Below are positions 24,103 to 34,438 of a DNA stretch of 64,000 nucleotides, one piece after another. Under the pieces are notes generated by a model. It ran no database searches. It was given only the letters and a program-made list of their open reading frames with translations, and was not told the DNA's origin. Numbering within the stretch: the first letter of the stretch is position 1; every line of letters starts with the position of its first letter. The DNA is taken from the NCBI GenBank assembly GCA_037426365.1, contig JAXYTD010000052.1, positions 15,291-79,290 of the forward strand. The letters run 5' to 3'. The stretch comes from a bacterium (lineage in GTDB: Bacteria > Pseudomonadota > Gammaproteobacteria > Enterobacterales > Succinivibrionaceae). A program made the translations under genes and the position numbers.

Positions 24103-25158
24103 TTACTGAGGTTTGTAACCATTGAAGTTGTACTCAACCTTCATGGTCTCAGGAGATAAGGCTGCATTCATACCCTCAACACACTTTGAAGCGTCGAAGG
24201 AAGCTGAAAGCAACGGTAAAGGATTGATAAGACCTCTGTCCAAAGCACTGACAACAGCACCGAACTCGTCATAGAAACGGAATACTGAATGCCACTTGAT
24301 GCCCTTGACAGCGAAAGGTCCGAAGTCTTTAGGTTCGTGACCTGCACCGTACATACCGACCTGAGAAACGATGGCAGTAGGACGGACCAATTTCATGAGC
24401 TGTGCACAAGCAAAGCCGTTGCCAGTAGCTTCAATACCTAAATCAAAGCTACCCTTGTGTTCACACCATTTTTCAATCTGTTCAGGATCTTCTTTTGAGT
24501 TGCAGGTGAAGTCAGCACCCATTTGTTTTGCAACTTTTAAGGTTTCACCACGAATGTCAACTACAGTGACGGTATTAGCACCGAGAGTCTTGGCTGCGGC
24601 AACGCATAAGCAACCGATCGGGCCAGCACCCATAACTACAACATCTTTACCAATGATATTGCCCAAAGCATTAACACCGCTGTAGGCAATGCCCAAAGGC
24701 TCTGCAAAAGCGCCTACTTCAGGTTTTAAGGTGTGGACTACTCCGCACTGCTCTTCATGAACAGTAACATAGTCAGCAAAGAGACCAGTTGTGTGAGGGA
24801 ACAAGGCAGCAGAGCCTAAGTGCTGTACGTGCTCGCAGTAGGTGTACATTTTATTCTTGCAGTAGTAGCACTTAAAGCAAGGACGTGCAGGACGCATTAC
24901 AACCATGTCGCCTTTTTTGACCTTGGTTACTTCGCTACCTACTTCTTCGACAATACCGCAACCTTCATGGCCGATCACCAAAGGCTCTCTCACCACGATA
25001 GCAGTACCGTTACCGCCCTGAGTATAGTAATGTTGATCTGAACCACAGATACCGCCGGTCAACATTTTAACGATAACTTCTTTCGGATCTTTGATGGTTG
25101 CATCAGGGACATCTTCGTAACGGAGATCCATCTTTTTGTGTAAGACGATAGCTTTCAT
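24103..25158 (-). CDS. zinc-dependent medium-chain dehydrogenase (sorbitol / L-idonate / threonine dehydrogenase-like)
   Basis: GICGSDQHYY and GHEGCGIVEEVG zinc motifs, structural-zinc Cys cluster (CFKCYYCKNKMYTYC), GAGPIG Rossmann motif. Strong codon bias. Confidence 0.85.
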   Translation of the reverse strand: MKAIVLHKKMDLRYEDVPDATIKDPKEVIVKMLTGGICGSDQHYYTQGGNGTAIVVREPLVIGHEGCGIVEEVGSEVTKVKKGDMVVMRPARPCFKCYYCKNKMYTYCEHVQHLGSAALFPHTTGLFADYVTVHEEQCGVVHTLKPEVGAFAEPLGIAYSGVNALGNIIGKDVVVMGAGPIGCLCVAAAKTLGANTVTVVDIRGETLKVAKQMGADFTCNSKEDPEQIEKWCEHKGSFDLGIEATGNGFACAQLMKLVRPTAIVSQVGMYGAGHEPKDFGPFAVKGIKWHSVFRFYDEFGAVVSALDRGLINPLPLLSASFDASKCVEGMNAALSPETMKVEYNFNGYKPQ

Positions 25159-25478
25159 GGTTAACTTTTCCTATGTAATTTAGCTGAGCCTAATGTCGGC
25201 GTGCTTATCCCTTCCTTAAATTTGGCAGGGATCATCCTAAGCAAATGTTTATGCGTAACTTAGACCCACAAACATAAGCTAAATAAAATCTATTGATCAT
25301 TTTAGCCTACGGAAATTTGCAATGGCTTGAATGTCAGCATTAAATGCTGAACTATGTAAAAAACTGTTAATAAGGTCAAATTAATGAAATTAGCTCTTGT
25401 ATTGTTCTTGTATTTTAGAGAGGTTATTTCACATAAATCTCTCGGAAGATTTAATGGTAGTTATGACAGAGAATAAGC

Positions 25479-26372
25479 TTAGTTGGATAATTTTTTTGCA
25501 ACAAGAGAACGGTGCCTTACATGAGCAGTTATACCACGTGAGGTAAATCGGTCAGCTAATGTTTGTGCTATGAACACGCTACGATGAAAGCCTCCTGTGC
25601 AACCTATGGCTACGGTAAGATAGCTACGATTACTTCTTTCTATTTTTTCAAGACAATTGCTAAGCAGGTTATCGATTTCATCTATGTATGCTTTTACCTC
25701 AGGATAAGTTGAGAAAAAATCAATAATTGGTCGATCAAGTCCTGTATAAGAGCGCAGTTCTTTTTTCCAAAAAGGGTTCGGAAGAAATCTTGAGTCAAAT
25801 ACGAAGTCAGCGTCTTTTGCAATACCATCTTTGAATCCAAAGGACTCAAAGATCATTACCAATCTGCGTTCAGGTCTGCCTTGAACTAATGTAGTTATTT
25901 GGTTGGCCAGATCGTGAACAGATAATTCCGAAGTATCAATGCGAAGATCTGCTACTGATGAAATGCGCATAAGCATTTCTGATTCTTTAGAAATAGCTTC
26001 ATCAAGTGACATGGATTTAAGCGATAAAGGGTGCAACCTTCTGGTATTGGCATAACGTTTTACCAGAACTTGATCGTCGGCATCCAAATATATGATGGTA
26101 CTACGTATGTTCGGATCATGTCTTGCCTGGACATATGTTTCGCTGATCATGGCCTGATCGCGATCTCCGCTGTAGAGAATTGTTCGAATGTCTATGGAAA
26201 CGGCTATTTTAGGATAGTGTTCTTTTGCAAGTTTTATTAAATTGCCAAGAAAGGCAGCAGGTAAATTATCAATACAGTAAAAACCGAGATCTTCTAATAC
26301 CTTAAGAGCTAAAGACTTGCCTGATCCTGAGCGTCCAGAAATTACAAAAAGTTGGACAAGATGATCTTTCAT
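25479..26372 (-). CDS. rapZ: RNase adapter protein RapZ (YhbJ)
   Basis: VISGRSGSGKSLALKVLEDLGFYCIDNLP N-terminus. Conserved position after ptsN. Confidence 0.94.
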   Translation of the reverse strand: MKDHLVQLFVISGRSGSGKSLALKVLEDLGFYCIDNLPAAFLGNLIKLAKEHYPKIAVSIDIRTILYSGDRDQAMISETYVQARHDPNIRSTIIYLDADDQVLVKRYANTRRLHPLSLKSMSLDEAISKESEMLMRISSVADLRIDTSELSVHDLANQITTLVQGRPERRLVMIFESFGFKDGIAKDADFVFDSRFLPNPFWKKELRSYTGLDRPIIDFFSTYPEVKAYIDEIDNLLSNCLEKIERSNRSYLTVAIGCTGGFHRSVFIAQTLADRFTSRGITAHVRHRSLVAKKLSN

Positions 26373-26396
26373 ATTTTTCTATATCGTAATTATCGT

Positions 26397-26870
26397 TTAT
26401 ACCGTGGTTTTGTTGGTCAAAGCAGCATCTATCTGCTTTAGAAGAATTGTAATTTTGCTTTTTTCATTACGGGCCAGTCGCAGAGAATTCAAAAGATCTT
26501 GGTTAGAAAAAGTATCTGTCAGATTTTGTAGCAGTTTTTCTATATCCGAGTAATCGTCATTTGGAGAAATAAAAAGAGTATATGCTATGTCAATACTTTG
26601 CGGATCAGCATCGATTGAATTGAATTGAACTGGTGCGTCTAAAATGCTGAGTACAGCCAGAGTGTTATCGATTTCAGGAATAACCGCATGCGGCATTGCA
26701 ATTCCGTTGAAAAATACCGTAGTTCCGTATTGTTCTCGTAAAATCAAAGCTTTTATGAGTTTTGTCGGGGCTGTTTTCAGCAAGGTTGCGGCGTTTTCAG
26801 AAATTTCCTCAAAAAGACGTTTCTTACTGTAACAAAATAACGAGGAAAGTATGAGTGTGTTGGGAAGCAA
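26397..26870 (-). CDS. ptsN: nitrogen-related PTS EIIA (PtsN)
   Basis: EIIA-Ntr layout with phosphorylatable His in GIAMPHA. Part of the rpoN cluster. Confidence 0.88.
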   Translation of the reverse strand: MLPNTLILSSLFCYSKKRLFEEISENAATLLKTAPTKLIKALILREQYGTTVFFNGIAMPHAVIPEIDNTLAVLSILDAPVQFNSIDADPQSIDIAYTLFISPNDDYSDIEKLLQNLTDTFSNQDLLNSLRLARNEKSKITILLKQIDAALTNKTTV

Positions 26871-26891
26871 TTTTGTTGGATTAAAACATAA

Positions 26892-26915
26892 ATACCCCGC
26901 TTGTAGCGGGGGTAT
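26892..26915 (-). terminator. hairpin between hpf and ptsN (attenuator or partial terminator)
   Basis: Stem ATACCCCGC / GCGGGG(G)TAT, followed on the minus strand by a T-rich tract. Confidence 0.5.
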
Positions 26916-26944
26916 ATGGATTTTATGGATTTACAAAGCCAAAC

Positions 26945-27229
26945 TCAGTCTTTTAGCTTCTCTTTATATTTAACCAATTGGCGGTCAACTTTGTCTATAA
27001 GACCATCAATGGCTGCATACATGGTTTCTGCTTCGGCTTCGGTGTGAAGACTGTCACCGGTAACCGCAACGTCGGCCTTGGCAATATGTGTAAGATTATC
27101 CACAGTGAGGGTTATGTTAATCGAATTGATCAACTCGGCCTTGCGCTCAAGCTTTTTGAATTTATCATTCACGTAGTCCTTGAGTGCGTCCGTAAGTTTG
27201 ATGCCCACGCCCTGAATTTTTACTTGCAT
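26945..27229 (-). CDS. hpf: ribosome hibernation promoting factor (short HPF/YhbH type)
   Basis: 94 aa, MQVKIQG..ITDALKDYV pattern, downstream of rpoN. Confidence 0.9.
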   Translation of the reverse strand: MQVKIQGVGIKLTDALKDYVNDKFKKLERKAELINSINITLTVDNLTHIAKADVAVTGDSLHTEAEAETMYAAIDGLIDKVDRQLVKYKEKLKD

Positions 27230-27387
27230 ATAACTTCCTTAATTCAGTATTAACTGAATGGCAGATTTGCATTAACAATTAATGCATCCACAAGTAAATA
27301 ATAGGTTAATTTTTCAATAAAAGACAATGTGTTGATCAAATTTCTTAGTTTATTTGTTAAAAATTTGATCAAACGCAAAAAAGATAT

Positions 27388-28917
27388 TCAAACCAAACGT
27401 TTACGTTGTGAAGAAGAGACAATTCCCAGAGATTCGCGGTATTTTGCTACTGTCCTTCTGGCAACAATAATGCCTTCATCGGCTAACAAAATCGACAGCC
27501 GACTGTCTGAAAGCGGTTTTCTCGCATTTTCTTTTGCTATTAACTCTTTGATGCGAGCTCTTATTGCTTTTGATGATGCCGTTCCGCCGTCATCGGTGCT
27601 GACACTTGATGAGAAGAAATATTTTAGTTCAAATGTTCCCTTGGGAGTTTGTATGTATTTTTCTGTTGTAATGCGGGATACGGTGGATTCATGCATTTCA
27701 ATTTCAGATGCAATGTCATTTAACACCATAGGATGCAGAGATCCTTCTCCGTATTCCATGAAATCTTGCTGTTTTTCTACAATAACTGAAGCAACCTTCA
27801 TCAAGGTCTCGTTGCGTTTTGAAAGGCTTTGCATAAACCAGTTTGCTTCCTGGAGATTGTTTTTAAAAAATTTACGATCTTGTTCTGTTTGGGCTTGCGA
27901 TGCTAGTTGACGGTAGTGTTCGTTGATCTTGATTTTGGGAATACTGTTTGAATTTAATGTAGCGAAATATCTTCCGTCATCTCTTTTTATAACTATGACG
28001 TCAGGGATTATGAAATCTGATTTTTCTTTTACTGCGCCGCGTCCTGGTCTCGGATTTAGCGATGTAATCAAATCAATAGCCGGTTTTAATTCGTTTTCTT
28101 TAATATTAAGCTTTTGACAAAGCGTTCTGAAATCTCTAACTGATAGTTCTTTTAGATATTCGTTTACGATATGTAATGCTAATTTAGTTGTTGCAGAAGA
28201 TGCTTTTGCTTCAAGCTGAAGTCTTAAACATTCTTGTACGTTGCGCGCCCCTATTCCCACAGGATCGTAGTTCCAAATTAGCTTAAGAACGCTCAGAGCA
28301 TCTTCCCGTGTAATTTCTGGGTATGTTTCATTGACGGTAGCAACGATACTTTCAAGTGATTCATGCAAATATCCAGAATCGTCTATACCGTCGATTATAT
28401 TTTCAGCAATTAGTCTGTCTGCCCCTTCAAGCGGAGACAAATCCAATTGCCAATGCAGATGATCATGGAGATCTTCGGTGGTCTCACCTTCGTAGACTTC
28501 GTCATTTCCCAATGATTGTCCGTGCCGTGTATCAGCCGAGCTGTGCCTTTGATCTTGATTTTCAGAAAGATTTTGTACAGTGTTTTGCTCAGAGGATATG
28601 TTTACAGTTTGATTGGCATCTGGAAAAGCCGTATCCGTAGATTTTACCGATGAATCGTTATCAAACGGGTCAAATGCATCATTAGTGTCAGCATTGGCTT
28701 CTTGTTCGGCCAGACTCTCTAAAGATTCAAAGCGTTCATCGTTACCGTCATCTTCAACTTCGAGCATGGGATTTTGTAAAGCGACGGCTTTTATTTCCTG
28801 TCTTAGCTCCAATGTAGAGAGTTGCAACAATTTTATGGCTTGTTGCAATTGTGGTGTCAATGCTAATCCCAGCTTCTGGGTCTGCCTTAGCTGAAGTGAG
28901 TTGAACAAACCAGCCAT
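27388..28917 (-). CDS. rpoN: RNA polymerase sigma-54
   Basis: N-terminal LQLRQTQKLGLALTPQLQQAIKLLQLS, C-terminal RpoN box ARRTVAKYR. Confidence 0.97.
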   Translation of the reverse strand: MAGLFNSLQLRQTQKLGLALTPQLQQAIKLLQLSTLELRQEIKAVALQNPMLEVEDDGNDERFESLESLAEQEANADTNDAFDPFDNDSSVKSTDTAFPDANQTVNISSEQNTVQNLSENQDQRHSSADTRHGQSLGNDEVYEGETTEDLHDHLHWQLDLSPLEGADRLIAENIIDGIDDSGYLHESLESIVATVNETYPEITREDALSVLKLIWNYDPVGIGARNVQECLRLQLEAKASSATTKLALHIVNEYLKELSVRDFRTLCQKLNIKENELKPAIDLITSLNPRPGRGAVKEKSDFIIPDVIVIKRDDGRYFATLNSNSIPKIKINEHYRQLASQAQTEQDRKFFKNNLQEANWFMQSLSKRNETLMKVASVIVEKQQDFMEYGEGSLHPMVLNDIASEIEMHESTVSRITTEKYIQTPKGTFELKYFFSSSVSTDDGGTASSKAIRARIKELIAKENARKPLSDSRLSILLADEGIIVARRTVAKYRESLGIVSSSQRKRLV

Positions 28918-28941
28918 TTTTTAGTCCTCTGTATTGAGAAT

Positions 28942-29667
28942 TCAGAGCGAAAAGTCTTTACCAAGATAAACGTTTTTTACTTTTTCGTTTTCCTGAACTT
29001 CCTGAGGGGTTCCCTGTGCTATTAATTCACCGGCGCTGACAATGTAAGCTCGCTCGCAAACCCCCAATGTTTCTCTGACGTTGTGATCTGTAATTAGGAT
29101 CCCTATTCCGCGATTTTTAAGGTGCGTAATTATGTTTTTAATTTCAGATACTGAAATAGGGTCGACTCCTGCAAACGGTTCGTCAAGTAGTATGAATTTA
29201 GGACGTGCAGCTAAAGCTCTAGCAATTTCTACTCGGCGTCTTTCGCCTCCTGACAAGGACATACCTAAGTTGTTACTGAGTGATGCGACGTTAAATTCGT
29301 CAAGCAAATCGCTGACTAGATTTTCTCGCTGTGCTTTATTTAGATCTTTTTGCAGTTCCGCAACCCCCATCAGGTTTTGATAAACGGTAAGTTTTCTGAA
29401 AATTGAATTTTCCTGAGGAAGATAACCGATCCCCATTCTGGCTCTTTGATGCATGGGTAATGATGTAATGTCTCGCCCGTCTAGAAGTACTTGTCCCTGT
29501 TCAGAAGAGATGATCCCAACCAACATGTAAAAAGATGTTGTTTTGCCTGCGCCGTTTGGTCCTAACAAGCCAATGATAGAACCGCTGGATACTTCGAGGC
29601 TCACATCCTTGACCACCGTACGTTTTTTGTAGGTTTTTCTTAGGTGTAAAGCTTTAAGCTCACTCAT
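28942..29667 (-). CDS. lptB: LPS export ABC transporter ATP-binding protein LptB
   Basis: Walker [10 protein letters not shown], signature LSGGERRR, 241 aa, position between lptA and rpoN. Confidence 0.95.
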   Translation of the reverse strand: MSELKALHLRKTYKKRTVVKDVSLEVSSGSIIGLLGPNGAGKTTSFYMLVGIISSEQGQVLLDGRDITSLPMHQRARMGIGYLPQENSIFRKLTVYQNLMGVAELQKDLNKAQRENLVSDLLDEFNVASLSNNLGMSLSGGERRRVEIARALAARPKFILLDEPFAGVDPISVSEIKNIITHLKNRGIGILITDHNVRETLGVCERAYIVSAGELIAQGTPQEVQENEKVKNVYLGKDFSL

Positions 29668-29680
29668 TTTTGGAAATATC

Positions 29681-30208
29681 TCACTTTTTGCCGTTGTCTG
29701 ATTTCATTTCTTGAGGAATAAAAGTACTCATTACTCTTCCTCCCTGGCTGTTGTTGTTTTGTGCTTTCATTTTTTGTGAGACGGTATTGTATTCAATTCT
29801 TTCGCCAGAGACGTGGGATTCACCTTGCCAGACAGTGGCATTGCCGGTTATTACGATATCTCCGGTTAAAGGATAATATTTGAGCTTTGATGATTGAGTT
29901 CGAAGAATTTTTCCGTTGTCCAGCTCCTGTCTGAAGGTTACCGGTTTGCCCCAGCCTGTAACTTCTTTAAGCTCGTTTTTTTCGTTGCGTATAAGTTCTG
30001 CCTTGTCGCAATAAACTTCAATAGTTCCTTGGGTGGCATGTACATCATCGATGAAATAAAGTTTGTTGGCCTGCAGATCAGCCAACTGTTCTTTTGAGGA
30101 TACATTAAGCGGTTTGCTAGTGTCGTCTTTTAAAGCGAAAGACTGTTGCGAATATGCGATTGCGGTAAGACTAATTATCAGAATGCTGATCCGGGTAATA
30201 AGTTGCAT
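29681..30208 (-). CDS. lptA: LPS transport periplasmic protein LptA
   Basis: Signal peptide, OstA-like beta-jellyroll pattern, operon position. Confidence 0.88.
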   Translation of the reverse strand: MQLITRISILIISLTAIAYSQQSFALKDDTSKPLNVSSKEQLADLQANKLYFIDDVHATQGTIEVYCDKAELIRNEKNELKEVTGWGKPVTFRQELDNGKILRTQSSKLKYYPLTGDIVITGNATVWQGESHVSGERIEYNTVSQKMKAQNNNSQGGRVMSTFIPQEMKSDNGKK

Positions 30209-30752
30209 TGACGTTGCCTTTGTATGTGGAAATATCTTTATTCAGATCTATTGTAAAGTCGGTTCCTGCATTGATCCAACCCGTTCCGTACAATGTGGTG
30301 AGATCAGGTGATGTCACTAAATTGGATTTAAAATTGTAGTGAACTCTTTGACTTTGTGCTTGAGTAATGGCTGCTCCCTTAAAAAGAGGTTTTAGCACTA
30401 CATCCCTTTCCATTAAAGCAAAATCTCCATCACGCACTTGTCCTTGTTTGCCGCTCATAGTCCATTTTTCGATATGTTTGTCTTTACCGATCCTGTAAGT
30501 GGTTATTATAGGATTGGTAAGATGTGCAATACCGCTTCCATCGTCGTAACTGGCTGTATCTGCTTTTATGGTGTGATGTAAAAAGCCAGTTTTATCATAA
30601 TTTTTGCCGTAAAAATCTAAAGCTGTATAGATTTTAGATGCAGTCTCAACAGAATTTTGTCGTTCTTGCAGAGTTTGTGTGTAGCGATAAAGACCTAAGG
30701 CTACAACAAACAGACATACGGTAATTACTGTAGATTTAATCGTAGTAGCCAT
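30171..30752 (-). CDS. lptC: LPS export system protein LptC
   Basis: Single N-terminal TM helix, about 190 aa. Start at MATTIK overlaps the kdsC stop (ATGA). The track ORF is longer. Confidence 0.8.
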   Translation of the reverse strand: MATTIKSTVITVCLFVVALGLYRYTQTLQERQNSVETASKIYTALDFYGKNYDKTGFLHHTIKADTASYDDGSGIAHLTNPIITTYRIGKDKHIEKWTMSGKQGQVRDGDFALMERDVVLKPLFKGAAITQAQSQRVHYNFKSNLVTSPDLTTLYGTGWINAGTDFTIDLNKDISTYKGNVNATYYPDQHSDN

Positions 30753-31297
30753 CAAAAACCGCCGTCTGTATTCATTATCCCTTTTGCCATCAGGATAAGA
30801 TCGCACAATTCTCTTACAGCACCACGACCGCCGTCACGATGTAAAGTAAGATCAGCACGCTTTTGAATAAACGGTACTGCATCTTGAGGACAGGTACAAA
30901 AACCTGAAGCATCAAACATAGGTAAATCATTATGATCATCACCAATTGATGCCGATTGTTCTTTTGTCAAACCGAATTTTTTTAGAAGTTCTGCTACTGC
31001 AGGAGCTTTGTCCTTTTGCCCCTGTATCACATATTTGATCTGAACTTCCTCACATCTGCGTTCTACCAAATGAGAGCTTCGACCGGTAATAACAGCGCAT
31101 ATGCAGTCACTTTTTGATTGTAATTGGGTAAGCCCCAAACCGTCTTTGGTGTAAAAACGCTTGTATTCTCCGGTATCGTTGTTGAGATAAATTCCCCCGT
31201 CGGTTAAAGTTCCGTCCACATCAAGCATTAAAAGTTTGATTTTAGAAAGACGGGAAAAGACTTGTTCAGATATAAATCCGTAGCAAGTGTTTATCAT
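30752..31297 (-). CDS. kdsC: 3-deoxy-D-manno-octulosonate 8-phosphate phosphatase KdsC
   Basis: HAD motifs LLMLDVDGTLTDG and GDDHNDLPM, 181 aa, upstream of lptC. Confidence 0.92.
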   Translation of the reverse strand: MINTCYGFISEQVFSRLSKIKLLMLDVDGTLTDGGIYLNNDTGEYKRFYTKDGLGLTQLQSKSDCICAVITGRSSHLVERRCEEVQIKYVIQGQKDKAPAVAELLKKFGLTKEQSASIGDDHNDLPMFDASGFCTCPQDAVPFIQKRADLTLHRDGGRGAVRELCDLILMAKGIMNTDGGF

Positions 31298-31456
31298 AAT
31301 GAGCTCCCTGTACGAAGGTGATATTTTCGCGTCGAATATCGTTTTTTTGTCTGTTACGAGTTTTGTGCCATATCTTGTAGAATACCGGCAAGCATCATGC
31401 TATCCATAAATTATATCCTGCTTATGGCGGGTTAGCAGACAGCCGGATTCAAACAT

Positions 31457-32251
31457 ATGAATGAAGAGCCCATCGTTAAAATTGAAAATGTTTCTTTTTC
31501 ATATTCTGGAAAGAATATTTACCACGGTTTGAATGTTTCTTTTCCTCGCGGAAAAATTACAGCTGTTTTGGGACCTTCTGGAACAGGAAAAACAACAGTT
31601 CTGCGTCTGATTGGTGCTCAGTTAAAGCCTGATTGTGGAAAAGTATTGTTTGACGGCGTTGATATGCATGCCTTAAAACGTAAAGAACTTTATAAAATTC
31701 GGCAAAAAATGAGCATGCTATTTCAAAGCGGAGCCTTGTTTCAGGACATGAATGTATTTGACAATACGGCATATCCTCTTTACGAACACACTAATTTACC
31801 TCATGAAATTATACGTGATTTGGTGATGATGAAACTTGAAGCGGTGGGAATGCTTGCTGCTTCACAGTTGTACCCGTCGGAATTGTCAGGGGGTATGTCA
31901 AGACGTGCTGCTCTGGCAAGAGCCATTGTTCTTGATCCGGAACTGATTATGTATGATGAACCTTTTGTCGGTCAGGATCCCATTACCAAAGGGGTTTTGG
32001 TAAAGCTGATAGCTGATTTAAATGAAGCTTTGGGGTTAAGTTCAATAGTGGTAACTCACGACGTAAAAGAGATTATGGAAATAGCTCATTATGTTGTGAT
32101 AGTGGCCGAAGGCAGTGTTCTTGGAGCAGGTACTCCAGAAGAAATAAAAAACAGTTCAGATCCCAGAATAAGGCAGTTTATTAACGGTGAATTTGATGGT
32201 CCGTATGCTTTTCATCTAAAAGGAAAAGATAATTATCTGGAGGAACTTTAA
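31457..32251 (+). CDS. mlaF: phospholipid ABC transporter ATP-binding protein MlaF
   Basis: Walker [24 protein letters not shown]. First gene of the mlaFEDCB order. Confidence 0.93.
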   Translation: MNEEPIVKIENVSFSYSGKNIYHGLNVSFPRGKITAVLGPSGTGKTTVLRLIGAQLKPDCGKVLFDGVDMHALKRKELYKIRQKMSMLFQSGALFQDMNVFDNTAYPLYEHTNLPHEIIRDLVMMKLEAVGMLAASQLYPSELSGGMSRRAALARAIVLDPELIMYDEPFVGQDPITKGVLVKLIADLNEALGLSSIVVTHDVKEIMEIAHYVVIVAEGSVLGAGTPEEIKNSSDPRIRQFINGEFDGPYAFHLKGKDNYLEEL

Positions 32252-33024
32252 TGCTGAATTTTTTGGGAGCTTTGGGCAGATATTTTCTGCAGAAGATCTC
32301 TTCACTTGGCCGTTCCTTTGTCATGCTTGTAAATGTGTTGTTGGTAAAGCCAGATTTTAAACGCAATACGTTGTTGCTCATCAATGAGGTTTACTTTATC
32401 GGTGTTCAGTCTGTGATCATAATTTTAGTGTCAGGACTGTTTATTGGCATGGTTTTGGGATTACAAGGTTTCAATATTCTTAAGGATTTCATGGCTACTG
32501 GTTCTTTGGGAACATTAGTAGCTTTATCGATAATCAGAGAATTAGGACCGGTAGTAGCTGCATTGTTATATGCAGGACGTGCAGGTTCTGCACTTACAGC
32601 TGAAATAGGGCAACTGAAAGCTTCAGAACAGCTTTCTGCGTTGGAAATGATGGCTGTAGACCCTTTGCATAGAGTAATAGCACCGAGATTTTGGGGAGGG
32701 GTTATTAGTCTGCCTTTACTTTCGCTGATGTTTGCAGTGGTAGGTATTTATGGCGGCAAATTGGTAGGCGTGGATTGGCTCGGACTTGATGAAGGAATTT
32801 TCTGGTCTGGAATGCAGTCTAGCGTTGATATTTTTGATGATGTCATACCAATGGCGGTTAAATCTTTTGTTTTTGCCGTGGTTTGTACTTGGATAGCCTT
32901 GTTCAATGGCTATGACTGCAAACCTACTTCTGCGGGGATCAGTGCGGCAACCACCTCCACAGTTGTGCAGTCGTCGTTGTCTGTGCTGGGATTGGATTTT
33001 ATTTTGACCGCATTGATGTTTTAG
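32251..33024 (+). CDS. mlaE: phospholipid ABC transporter permease MlaE
   Basis: 257-aa polytopic membrane protein with the [25 protein letters not shown] motif. Confidence 0.93.
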   Translation: MLNFLGALGRYFLQKISSLGRSFVMLVNVLLVKPDFKRNTLLLINEVYFIGVQSVIIILVSGLFIGMVLGLQGFNILKDFMATGSLGTLVALSIIRELGPVVAALLYAGRAGSALTAEIGQLKASEQLSALEMMAVDPLHRVIAPRFWGGVISLPLLSLMFAVVGIYGGKLVGVDWLGLDEGIFWSGMQSSVDIFDDVIPMAVKSFVFAVVCTWIALFNGYDCKPTSAGISAATTSTVVQSSLSVLGLDFILTALMF

Positions 33025-33036
33025 GAAAGTATAAAA

Positions 33037-33537
33037 ATGAAATATTTAAAAGCGGAAATTCTGGTTGGATTCTTTGTTTTTGCATCAATTGTAGCAGCGG
33101 CGGTGATGTCTCTTAAAATAGCTGGTTTGGTATTAAACGGCAGTTCAGCGTTTTATACCCTGCATGCAAAGTTTGACAATATAGGTTCTTTGAAATTAAG
33201 GGCTCCAGTAAAGATTGGCGGAGTGACGGTAGGACGTGTTTCTAAAATTTACCTTGATGACAAAAATCTGATCCCTGTTGTTGATATGGAAATTGACTCG
33301 TCTTGTTCATCTTTATCCAATGAATCGAAAGCATCGATTCAGACGGCTGGAATTATAGGTGAACAATATGTGTCTCTAACTCCTGGATTTTATGATGAAG
33401 AGTCGGGAAGTGAATATATGAAAGACGGTGATTATTTTACCGATACTGGTTCTGCCTTAGTACTGGAAGATCTTATAGGAAAGTTCCTTTACAGCGCAGG
33501 ATCTGATGCGCAAGAAGAGAAGAAAAAATCAGAGTAA
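33037..33537 (+). CDS. mlaD: MCE-domain phospholipid-binding protein MlaD
   Basis: N-terminal TM helix plus a single MCE domain (LRAPVKIGGVTVGRV). Confidence 0.92.
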   Translation: MKYLKAEILVGFFVFASIVAAAVMSLKIAGLVLNGSSAFYTLHAKFDNIGSLKLRAPVKIGGVTVGRVSKIYLDDKNLIPVVDMEIDSSCSSLSNESKASIQTAGIIGEQYVSLTPGFYDEESGSEYMKDGDYFTDTGSALVLEDLIGKFLYSAGSDAQEEKKKSE

Positions 33538-33567
33538 AAAAGGCAAACAGAATTAAAGGAGATTGAT

Positions 33568-34179
33568 ATGAAGATTTTTAAAACCGTTATTGTTGCAACG
33601 GTGATGTTGATGACGTCGTTTATTTCATATGCTAAAAACGATAATCCTTATGAAACGGCCAATGCAATTGCAGTACAGACATTTGATGACTTGAAAACTA
33701 ATCGTGAGCGTTTGCACGATAACAACGTGGTGATCGGGATCATAAAAAAGGATTTGTTACCGTATGTTGATGTACGTTATGCCGCATATAAGGTAATCGG
33801 TACATCGCTTAAGCAAACTAGTAAGGAAGAAAGAGACGCCTTTACCGAAGCTTTTGGTGATTACATGATGCGTTCCATGTCAAATGCACTGGGGAAATAT
33901 TCTAATCAGGAATTAAAAGTCAGTCCCGTTTCCGATGTGCCTGCAGATACGACTATTGTTGCGGTTAAATATACGGTTACGCAAAACGGTGCTCCTGATA
34001 TCAATTTCGTCGTTAAAATGAGACTTAATAAAAAGAGCGGTGAGTGGAAAGCATTTGATTTAATAGCAGAAAATATAAGTATTTTGGATGCCAAGCAGGC
34101 CGAGTTGTCTCCTGTGATAAGAGACAAGGGTATAAGCGAGGCTATTAATATGTTAAAAAAAGCCAAGGTATCTGAATGA
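33568..34179 (+). CDS. mlaC: periplasmic phospholipid-binding protein MlaC
   Basis: Signal peptide, about 200 aa, Tgt2/MlaC-like, operon position. Confidence 0.88.
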   Translation: MKIFKTVIVATVMLMTSFISYAKNDNPYETANAIAVQTFDDLKTNRERLHDNNVVIGIIKKDLLPYVDVRYAAYKVIGTSLKQTSKEERDAFTEAFGDYMMRSMSNALGKYSNQELKVSPVSDVPADTTIVAVKYTVTQNGAPDINFVVKMRLNKKSGEWKAFDLIAENISILDAKQAELSPVIRDKGISEAINMLKKAKVSE

Positions 34180-34427
34180 CAATTTTTACCGAGCTAACCA
34201 AGCTTACCGTTCCTGAATTATGGAAACAAAGATCAGTTTTTTTTTCGGACGATGCTGTGAATCTGGACGGTGTGAAAATTGATTCTGCCGGTGTGGCGTT
34301 TTTGGTGAGATGGACCAAAAGTTTAAAAAAAGGAAGAAAATTAAAGCTTATAAAGCCTAATGATGATCTTTTAAAACTGATTTCGGTATTTAGAATTGCC
34401 GACCTTTTTGATTGTGAACAAAGATAA
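34176..34427 (+). CDS. mlaB: STAS-domain protein MlaB
   Basis: 83 aa, VDSAGVAFLV-type STAS segment, overlaps the mlaC stop. Confidence 0.8.
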   Translation: MTIFTELTKLTVPELWKQRSVFFSDDAVNLDGVKIDSAGVAFLVRWTKSLKKGRKLKLIKPNDDLLKLISVFRIADLFDCEQR

Positions 34428-34438
34428 ATACGAGAAAA

